Shown here: positions 52,213 through 60,839 of the stretch, in pieces
Layout of the letters: every line of letters begins with the position of its first letter
How positions within the stretch are numbered: position 1 is the first letter of the stretch
Assembly (NCBI GenBank): GCA_048013815.1
Contig: CM106585.1
Location: 23,436,001-23,500,000 of the forward strand
DNA: 64,000 bases
Reading direction: 5' to 3'
From: Setoptus koraiensis
Taxonomy: Eukaryota; Animalia; Arthropoda
Notes under the pieces: generated by a model
Told to the model about the DNA's origin: nothing
Databases searched by the model: none
What the model saw: the letters and a program-made list of their open reading frames with translations, nothing else
Program-made: the position numbers and the translations under genes

Positions 52213-54141
52213 TTATGGAAACTTCCAGATTGAAACAGTGTAGTCTGGTTTTTCTTGCACCGCTTCTGTCAGTTGCACCACATTTATTTCTGTGTGATTA
52301 GACTTGAAATAATCGTCGTTCGCATGCCTGATCTTCAGACCATCATAATATCGGATAACTCTATCGGTCTTGGTGCATTCCTTTTTATTCTATTATGATT
52401 CAGATTCCATTATCTATGTCCCCCGACAATGTTAAGTGTGTGCTTGTGTGTGTGTGCGAGCACAATACAAACACTCAACTAGTTGGGAGTATTTTTGCTT
52501 GTTTCCAGCACCTCTATCAAATGTATCACATGTATCTCTCTCTCTCTCTCTCTCTCTCCAGATACAGAGAGATATATGATGGAGAAGTCTCCATCATATA
52601 TCTCTCTGTATCTAGTCTGGATCTGATGCATGGTAGCGCTTGGTGAGCCAAAACTTTTGGCCCAAAAGGGGAGAGAAGGCGAGCTACACAAGCATTTCGC
52701 TCCACTGCACTTAGTGCAATTTAATGAGACCAACAATCAAAAGTGGTGACAGACAAAAACAAAGAGACAAACTAATTAATACTCTATTCACTTTCCATCC
52801 ATTGTAGGAAGTAGCGTTCTGGCAATCTTGTTAGGTGATCAATTACTCTTGCATGTTAAGTGCAAGTATGCTTTACACTTTACATATAGCATTACTAACA
52901 TGCCTTTAAGACGCAGACCTCACTGAATTAGATATCAGGCGGCGCTACAACCTCGTCACCTTGTCAGCGAAAATAGACGACGATCAAGTAGAGATCGAAT
53001 GTTGTTTTTAGATGACATGATAGTTTCGAAAAGACTCAAATATTGTCTTGTTCGCACTCCAAGTACATTAGTGGAAAACTATATGATGTTAATTATAGTT
53101 GCATCTCTGACTTGTGAGATGCAGTCATTATGTCAATTACGAGCAGTCCATTTCCCCTTCAAAGCCGCTGAACAACAGGAATTGGGTTGCTAGATTAACT
53201 GGGAGCCTCTTTATCTATCTTTCATAGCTGGTTTGCTTACATTATTGCGACTCACTGTTATGAATACTGTCCGGCCCAATCAATAGGTGAGTAACGAAGA
53301 ATCGCTACAAAAACCTGCCCAATCATTGGGCCTCTTGTCATGCCCATCACAGACTTTCAGATTGTATTCGGGGCTCTGCCTAGCTTATTCTGGCCAGTTG
53401 ACTGGGTGGCTTACTCACCCGAACACAATAGAATGAGAGAGATGGAAGATACGTACGTGTGTGTGGTATATAGGGTATGTATGGAAGCCTCTGGTAAAGG
53501 ATCAAGAACAAAATTTGGGTCAGATTGATGTTAACACAATTGAGTATGCATGAGGATTGATATGGAGATCGTCGAAGCGTAGATTAGTCAGTCAGTTTTG
53601 TCAGAAAGAACAATATCACTTACAAGTGGAAATGACTATCCTCGCCGGCCAGCCTAGGTTCGCTTCTGTTTGTTGTTTCATCATGCGATCCGTGGGGCAT
53701 CCGTTGGATAAAAATGAAGACTGTTTCTTGGAATGGAGAAAGGAAACCCACACCAAAAGCTTCGCATCCACTTTCGCCTACCATTCTGTATGAGACGGTT
53801 AGGGTGAAATTGCAAGTGGAATGCTATCACTACCACTACTGGAGCTGCAACAACTGCCGGCCTAATCAAACTGCACCGAGACGAATGCTACAGCAAGAAG
53901 GCACAACATTTGGACAGAAAGAGAGAGAGAAAACCTAGAACAATCTCCTCTCTTTCTTTCACTCGGCCAGTTATTATACTTTAGATAGCTGGTTATTGAA
54001 AGAATTGTGATGCTTATAAAGAGTATCTTACATAATCATATTAAGTGGCTCGGAATGGTCGTTCCAGTCGACATACTGCACTACAAACTCTAGAAGGTTG
54101 GCTTGTTTCAGACGAATAAATTCGGTGCTGGTTGATGCCAT
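52213..54141 (-). CDS. candidate multi-exon gene of unknown function (minus-strand model)
   Basis: Protein-like open segments bounded by splice signals: 54141..54032 (MASTSTEFIRLKQANLLEFVVQYVDW..., donor GTAAGA); 53785..53624 (CTAAC branch, ctcatacag acceptor, GTAAGT donor); 53490..53457; 53078..52960; terminal 52389..52213 (NKKECTKTDRVIRYYDGLKIR...VSIWKFP*). Phases can be made consistent. No homology recognised. Confidence 0.33.
52560..52613. repeat. perfect 26-bp inverted repeat with 2-nt spacer
   Basis: AGATACAGAGAGATATATGATGGAGA (52560-52585), AG, then its exact reverse complement (52588-52613). Confidence 0.97.
52630..53793 (+). CDS. candidate 5-exon gene, 146 aa, hydrophobic N-terminus, several Cys (plus-strand model)
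   Basis: Exons 52630..52642, 52808..52865, 53228..53286, 53353..53474 and 53605..53793. Donors GTGAGC, GTATGC, GTGAGT, GTATGT; acceptors cattgtag, tttcatag, catcacag, tttgtcag. All phases join to one ORF with an in-frame stop just before the ATG. No homology recognised. Confidence 0.33.
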
Positions 54142-54652
54142 TTAGCTTGCCCCTACTTTGTCTGATGCAGTGAGGACCGATGAATAAATTTGAGAAATAA
54201 CATTACACGTAGTCTGATTAAATTATTTGCTGTTGTTTGTATTATTAGATTATTAAATATATTTTGCATCGTCAAGTTGACGTTGACAACGCGAGCAGCT
54301 ACAACAAGTGTTGTTGTTGATGGTGTATTTGTGGAACAATTGAAGACGATCGTGGCAAGTAAAGTTTAGTAGTGAAAAGCTGGATAGTACAATATGCATA
54401 GATTGATAGATAGGACATGTGACACTGTTTTGTCAGTCGATTTCAATAACAAAATAACTGTATAATGCTACTAGGTGCTTATACATTGTACTAACGGGGT
54501 GATTGTGGCGCCATAGCCTAATAATTTGCATTGGTAATTGACAACTTCCACTCACCTATCAACAAGAAATCAGGATTTCTGCTTGAAAAGAGCAATCATG
54601 CGAGAGATTAGTTAATTGCAACATGCAGTAACATATGCTGCTAGTGCTAGCC

Positions 54653-54662
54653 ACCGGAAGTG
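54653..54662 (+). promoter_or_regulatory. ETS-type motif ACCGGAAGTG, possible promoter element
   Basis: Matches the ETS consensus and lies ~100 bp upstream of a strong minus-strand donor (AG|GTGAGT near 54555). Single motif only. Confidence 0.3.
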
Positions 54663-55543
54663 ACTTTTGGTACCTGGCAAGATAAGGTGACACGAATGTC
54701 AATGATCCTCGTAACGGGCATCATTTATATACATGCAGTTGTGATAAGGAGCATAACTAAAGTCGCAAGATATATCCGCCAGAATTCGATTGCCAGATAT
54801 CAACCTAAAAGTTGCAAATTAGTGTAATCTGTCGCTCGCGATTTGTACTTTATGGAGCAGTTGTGTATGATACATCGTCGCAGAGCAACAGCAAGACACA
54901 ATTGTTGCATTTTCTGCCATTGCCTTATCATGATTGGTGAGCAGTCCACAGTAATAGTTGCTAGGCAACACGAAACAACAGTGATAGATTAACAAGTGGA
55001 CTAAATTTTCCGATAGTCACTTCAGATACCATGGGACTTTACAGAAAATATAGAAGAAAACTTTTCTAGAAAAACAACAATGTCTATCTCGCTTCACATT
55101 CGTCTCTTCACATTGCTGCTTATTATTATAATATATGAGGTGATTGTCAGAGACTTTTTTTTATAGAGGTTTACATCTTCTGTGTGAGATCTATGAAATA
55201 ATAGTAATAATAATGAAATAAAAAGAATCTTATCTGATTGTTCACTGACAATTGTAAACCCGTAACAACCACAAACAATGCAATATCTCACCATTTGCAA
55301 TATTGTTGACAATTGTCTTTGTTGCCTACCGTTTTGTGAAACACAACGCAGTGCAACAGTAGACTAATCAGCTGCTTCTCATAGGCTATGCTCATATTGC
55401 AATGATTTGTTATTGTTGCCCTGTCTACAATTCAATGTAAAACACATCTCATCGGCTAACAACTATCATATTAATATTTGTATCATATTATATATTTGTT
55501 ATCAATAACTATAAATATAAACACACAATCAAACATTAATCAA

Positions 55544-56848
55544 ATGCATCTCATAAATTGTGAAGCCGCTATAGCACCCTGGGGCACCAAGGCAAAATTC
55601 AAGAAAGCCAGATTGGGTTTAGTGAAAAAGAATCCCACAAATAGTTTAACTTCTCCTATTTATCTTATTGTAAACTTTGCCACTAATAACATGAACAAAT
55701 TGCCCATAAATCCACAGGATATTCAACTACTGCCAGCTGCCATTCGATTCAACGACCTGTCTAGGGATGTTTTTATTAAGGCTACTGATGATGAAACAAA
55801 TTTGAAACAAATGCTGAGAAAATTGCGCATAATTGTTGAACAAGACAAACTTAGAAAAAAAGGCAAGGGTCCAACTGTTGATGAGACACTTTTAAATATT
55901 CCGTCTGTAGATTATGTGATTGGAAATAGCAAAGAATTGATGCCTGCCAGAACGAGTGCTAGAATAGTTGCCGCAAATGATTCAGAACCAAATAAAGTAG
56001 ATACAAAAATTCGAGCCACTAAAACTGCGGCCTCCAGATTGGAAAATAGACAATTGAAGACAATCGATGTCGAGGGAATAAGTGAACTGCCTGCTAATTT
56101 ATTCCTTCGCGATACATTGTGCGAATTGAACTTGGTGAGATGTAATCTCAAATCAATACCTCATCAGTTGCAACAATTTGGTAATTCTCTTTCGATATTG
56201 AATTTAAGCCACAATCTTATCACTGAAGTGCCAGCACAATTTTGTTGTTGTATGAATAAGCTATCTAGACTTGATCTGAGTAACAATTTATTGAAACGAC
56301 TGCCATTGGAAATTCGCTTTCTTAATCAGCTTATCAGCTTGAATTTATCGAAGAATCAATTGACCACTCTTCCGTCAACATTCACAGACCTAACAAAATT
56401 ACGGGACTTAGTGTTGGCGAACAATGAACTCAAATTATTGCCACCATTTCATCATCGCGAGATCAGGCTACAAAGATTGGACATATCTCATAATCCTCTC
56501 GATGATATGAGCAAGTCCCAGGAGTTTCCGAGCAAATTCACGACAGATGATTCACTCTATTCAGCTAAATTACCTACTTTGACTGAATTAGCAACTCTGA
56601 AGGTGGTCAGATCAGACCACTTGTTTAAGATCGCCCATAAGATGTTACCTCCTGTTTTATATTCACATATGCAACAAGAAATATTTAAATGTTTTGAGTG
56701 CAACAAATTGAACTTTGTTCCCTCATATGACATAGTCGATCATCTCGATTACGTAAGCCGAGTTGAAGCTCTTCAAACATCCAATAATCTCAATGGTATG
56801 ACATTCGTAAAGTCTATTTGCCGAGTTTGTATCACAACAAAATCATAG
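55544..56848 (+). CDS. LRR1: leucine-rich repeat protein, most similar in architecture to LRR1 (CRL2 substrate receptor); apparently intronless
   Basis: Long ORF, first ATG 55544 (MHLINCEAAI, compare MKLHCEVEV of LRR1). ~6-7 LxxLxLxxNxL repeats (LNLSHNLI, LDLSNNLL, LNLSKNQL, LVLANNEL, LDISHNPL), a BC/VHL-box-like KLPTLTELATLKV and C-terminal CFEC...CRVC. The N-terminal ~100-aa non-LRR domain favours LRR1 over LRRC58. The CDS is secure; the orthology is less so. Confidence 0.7.
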   Translation: MHLINCEAAIAPWGTKAKFKKARLGLVKKNPTNSLTSPIYLIVNFATNNMNKLPINPQDIQLLPAAIRFNDLSRDVFIKATDDETNLKQMLRKLRIIVEQDKLRKKGKGPTVDETLLNIPSVDYVIGNSKELMPARTSARIVAANDSEPNKVDTKIRATKTAASRLENRQLKTIDVEGISELPANLFLRDTLCELNLVRCNLKSIPHQLQQFGNSLSILNLSHNLITEVPAQFCCCMNKLSRLDLSNNLLKRLPLEIRFLNQLISLNLSKNQLTTLPSTFTDLTKLRDLVLANNELKLLPPFHHREIRLQRLDISHNPLDDMSKSQEFPSKFTTDDSLYSAKLPTLTELATLKVVRSDHLFKIAHKMLPPVLYSHMQQEIFKCFECNKLNFVPSYDIVDHLDYVSRVEALQTSNNLNGMTFVKSICRVCITTKS

Positions 56849-56924
56849 AAAATGTTCCAGTTGATAGTCATAGATAGAACAAAAAGAAGTGATCAACTGC
56901 AAAAATTTTGGTTTGCAAAACATG

Positions 56925-56943
56925 AATAAATAAAAACTTTTAT
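56925..56943. terminator. adjacent AATAAA signals on both strands between convergent LRR1-like and TRAM genes
   Basis: AATAAA(+) at 56925 and 56929; TTTATT (AATAAA on minus) at 56938-56943, in a 163-bp gap between the stop codons. Confidence 0.5.
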
Positions 56944-57011
56944 TATCTTTTCAACATTATTATCTTTACGCATGGCATTCATTTGATTGTATAATTATTA
57001 TTATATTAGTG

Positions 57012-58216
57012 TTATAACTCTTTCTTTTTTGCAACTTTACCCTTGACCGTTAGTTTGGCCACAGCAGCAGCCTGTTCGCGCCTTCTTTCTAAATGGAAAA
57101 CAAGGTATCGCCACAATAGACCGCCTTGAAGTACAAAAACTGCTAATAGGGTAGCATAACGTACAATCAGAGTGTTGAAGTTTCCACCAACAAATGCCGG
57201 TTGTGTGGCTGATGGCTGCTGTCCAAGACCCAATACAAAAGTTAACACTGACAGTGTTGTCGAGGTGAGTCTAGCCAATAAGAATAGTGCGTTCCACAAC
57301 TTGAATCCTAGTGGATAAAGGTCGTCCTTTTGACTAAAGTATAGAATTCTAGACAGATGGAAGGCTGCCTCAGCAACATAATGCAATATGCTAAGTACAA
57401 GAGCGATCCTAGTGAAATTTAATATATAAGCGCCAGTAAAATAGGCAACATATAGTACTGAGTAGATTATCCTCTGGCTTAATTCTTCTTTTCTCACTCG
57501 CTGTAGATATAGCTCAGGTAGACAATGTAACCAGTAAGCGATTTGTATAATGAAGTAAAATTTAACGTAAGCAGACATGTCGCGGTGTTGGCCACCGGGA
57601 TAATCAATCCACAATGATGATAGGGAGTTTGTTAATTGTTCTCGTCTTGCTAGTTCTACTGCCCACAATAATGATATAATACAGAATGAAGCCAATTGTC
57701 CTGATTCATTAAATTTAGAATGTTTGATTTTAGATAGATGCAGTTTTCTAGTGTACCTATCTAAAAGGTATTGCTGGATGACGCCATGTACTACAATGCA
57801 TACTAGACAATAGAATAGCACACATAGTATATCGTTGACACCATAATTGTAAAGCATCGGTAGCCTGGCTTCGAGCGATATAAGTGCTGTTTGGTTCGAA
57901 TAGGAGGACGGAGTTGGAGAAGATTTTCATATTAGAGTTTCGGTGTGAAAAGACTATGCAAAGAATCATGGAAATTTAGAGAGAATTTTCTCTTTTGGGT
58001 GTTTGGATGAGTGCGAAATTGAAACTTACGGTCTGTCGCATTGTGTTGAATTGTGACGAACTTGCTAGCATATCTCGACGTTGGCTCAAATATAAGTCCT
58101 AGCGCTATCACCACCAATACGATGCTTGTAATATCGGCATGGTTTTGTATAAGAAACTCAACACTAAGCACCTTGGGCGATTGTTTAGTAGTTCCGACGC
58201 GTCGCTTGATGCCCAT
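57012..58216 (-). CDS. TRAM1: Translocating chain-associated membrane protein (TRAM, TLC domain), 2 exons (58216..58030, 57886..57012), 353 aa
   Basis: MGIKRR...SPKVLSVEFLIQNHADI; IQQYLLDRYTRKLHLSKIKHSKFNESGQLASF; KFYFIIQIAYWLHCLPELYLQRVRKEEL; basic C-terminal tail. Donor C|GTAAGT at 58029 and acceptor aaacag at 57888-57887, both phase 1. Confidence 0.95.
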
Positions 58217-58554
58217 TCTGTCTGTTCCGGTTGCTATTTCTGATAATATTAAGTGTGCTCGAATGTCCCGAGACAAGATTGTTGCATTGAGGTTGAAAGT
58301 TGCGAGCTATGTGGATGAGGTGCAAAAAATTGCGCCGATTGTGCCAAAAATGTGTGTGTCCGTTGGGTATTATGACGATGATATGTCGTTTGATCAAATG
58401 TGTCTACAGTCTCATAATAATAGATGATAATTGATAATATCAATGAACAGAAAAAAGATTATCACGATTATGCTCGGTCAGTGTCAGTGTCGTGGAATGT
58501 AGTTCACTTGGAAATGCGTGTGTGTGTCTTTATTTCTGCAGCCGGAGTTTGCGT

Positions 58555-58590
<36 letters not shown>

Positions 58591-59439
58591 CAGAATCGAG
58601 ATTCTTTTTTGGAAGCAGCCGGAACACACATACAGGTAGCGTAACAGACATATGCGTTTGCCGCTATTGACGTTGTATAATCGTACAGTCTGAAGCACTT
58701 GTTACCATACGACTATCTAGTTGCTTGATGTATATATATAAATGTGTGTGTGTGTATTGGTAATAAATTGTTAGTATAATTATTTTGTATTGTTTGTGTC
58801 AATACACAACTATTGGGGTATCCGAATAAATAAGTGTTTTTCGTTGTTGCGTGCATCCGTGTGTGGATATCCGAAGATAGGTTCAGCCGGGTTCTATATG
58901 TGAGTGTTGGAAAACATTCAGCAACAGCAACTCCAACGACGGCGGTTACCCAAAAAACAACAACAAAAGCTCTCTTCTGCCGTATAGTTGTTGCTACTAC
59001 AACAAATAACAACTACTATGTACTGTAGCATTCTGCGGATTGAAATCCATGGTAAACTTGCGCCAGCTGCTACAGCTATTCATAGATCTGATGATCTGAT
59101 TAATGTGCGAGGTGTACCACTAACGCCGTACTATATTTTAATGTGTGTAAATGTGTGCGTGTGTGTGTGTGAGTGTGTGTGTGTGTGTGTGTGTATGTGT
59201 ATACAGGTGAATGTGGAGTATAGGAATTGGACAAGAGCCACGGCGGGAAGGAAGCGTTCGCTGTCGTCGTGTCGTGTTAAGGGGGCGTTCATTTGGCGGT
59301 CATCATTCCAGCGCGTCGAGCGGACGAAGCGCTGACTTGTGAGAACAGTCGGCAAAAACAAAATTCAACTCCATCCGTCGCATATCGCATTATGAGTGGT
59401 ACATTTAAGTATTGCCTTCTGCCATCGGAGAGCATCAGC

Positions 59440-59511
59440 GGTTCTGTAGTGTAATGGTTATCACCCTGGACTTTGAATCCAGTAATCCGAGTTCGAATCT
59501 CGGCAGAACCT
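59440..59511 (+). tRNA. tRNA-Gln (anticodon UUG)
   Basis: 72-nt cloverleaf: acceptor GGTTCTG/CAGAACC, D arm GTGTAATGGTTATCAC, anticodon arm CTGGA-CTTTGAA-TCCAG (TTG at 59473-59475), T arm CCGAG-TTCGAAT-CTCGG, discriminator T. Confidence 0.97.
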
Positions 59512-59515
59512 TAAC

Positions 59516-59520
59516 TTTTT
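59516..59520 (+). terminator. Pol III oligo-dT terminator of tRNA-Gln
   Basis: T5 run 5 nt after the tRNA 3' end. Confidence 0.75.
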
Positions 59521-59587
59521 GCTGTCTTTTGTTTACATGCCCACCGGTGAGTGCCGGTTCAGGACAGAAAAAAACATTCCTTCCACC

Positions 59588-59595
59588 TATATAAA
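59588..59595 (+). promoter_or_regulatory. TATA box candidate (TATATAAA) upstream of the 166-aa ORF
   Basis: Consensus TATA ~90 bp before ATG 59685. Confidence 0.4.
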
Positions 59596-59684
59596 TTGAA
59601 TCTACCAAATGAAAAGTAAATTATTGAAAAAAAACATTTTCGTCTTTCTTATTCTGTGATACTTATTAAACCTAAATCAACAAC

Positions 59685-60185
59685 ATGGCCCTAGATCCCA
59701 ATGATCAACATCTTGCCCAGTTTCTGTTGGTTAATATAACTAAGGACCTGTCTTCGTTACACAAGGGATTGCAAGACTTGAGGGAATTCAACCAAACCGA
59801 AGATAACAATCTGCTAGACTATCACAATTATATTTTGAAGAAGGCCTCAAAAATCAAAAACGCCAATTACTTAACACAAATGATGAAAATAAGCAACAGC
59901 TATTCCGATACAACTGATACCTTTTACCGAGCAATAATCGAGAGCATTAAGGCCCTGAATGGCAGGATTAATGACACGGATATATCAGATGAAAAGCTCA
60001 TCAAAAATCTACCTCGAATACTACAAGCTGCTGCTAGTCGCGGCGATTGCCTAGACGAGATAAACTCTGTGATTCAGTATCTAAATATGATTGGATCCGT
60101 AACGCTACGGTTGGACAAATCTGAAAAATCAAGAAGAGCCATCATGGAAAGGATCAGCAGACTATCTGACATGCCCATAATATAA
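59685..60185 (+). CDS. intronless 166-aa hypothetical protein, probably mainly alpha-helical
   Basis: ATG-initiated (caacaacATGG), non-repetitive 166-codon ORF in AT-rich DNA where ORFs this long are unlikely by chance; upstream TATA candidate. No family recognised. Confidence 0.7.
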   Translation: MALDPNDQHLAQFLLVNITKDLSSLHKGLQDLREFNQTEDNNLLDYHNYILKKASKIKNANYLTQMMKISNSYSDTTDTFYRAIIESIKALNGRINDTDISDEKLIKNLPRILQAAASRGDCLDEINSVIQYLNMIGSVTLRLDKSEKSRRAIMERISRLSDMPII

Positions 60186-60839
60186 GCATTCGTCATTAAT
60201 CGATTCCTGTTGATTGTTGTTTGTTGACTGCCATGACTGTGACTATGAATATTAATAGATTTCTCTATAGAAGGTCATAATAAATCACATTGCCAACCAC
60301 CAAATCCAATGTAATGTGTAACATATCATTGCGACAAATCGAAACATGCTAGTATGCGTAAACATAAACTCTATCGTTATCGTTTGGGGAATAATTATGA
60401 TACAACAACAGCATTAGAGAACTAGTGTAGAAGTATGAGTGGAGTGTGGAACCCCCTTGATAACGTAATAGTTAAGTCATCCAGGATGATTTCGGCTCTA
60501 GTATACGTAATATATTGTTGCGTTTAATTCTGTTCTACCTTGTTAGATGCTAATTGTTGTTTTTGATTGTTTTCCATCTTGCTAGTTGTTTTCTCTGTTG
60601 TGCTTCTCATATCTAGTTCATCTATACATATCCACATATCTTTCAAGATCTATGCGAGTTGTCCAGGTAATCTTTGTTTTATTTAGAAAAGTTATAGAAG
60701 TAATCAATTCGAGGAAACATGTATGGCATGTGAATATCAACAGATATTTAAATTATTGTGTCATCAACAATTTAAGCGGTGTTAATCTCCCATGATAGAC
60801 CGAGTATAGATTGCTATAACAAAAAAGGATTGTTAAAAG

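Noticed and set aside
55094-55312. MVRYCIVCGC, resembling the start of a THAP zinc finger
   Set aside because: The downstream THAP residues (Pro, Trp, CxxHF) are absent, and the ATG is followed directly by a donor-like GTGAGA, so the Cys-coding stretch is probably intronic or non-coding.
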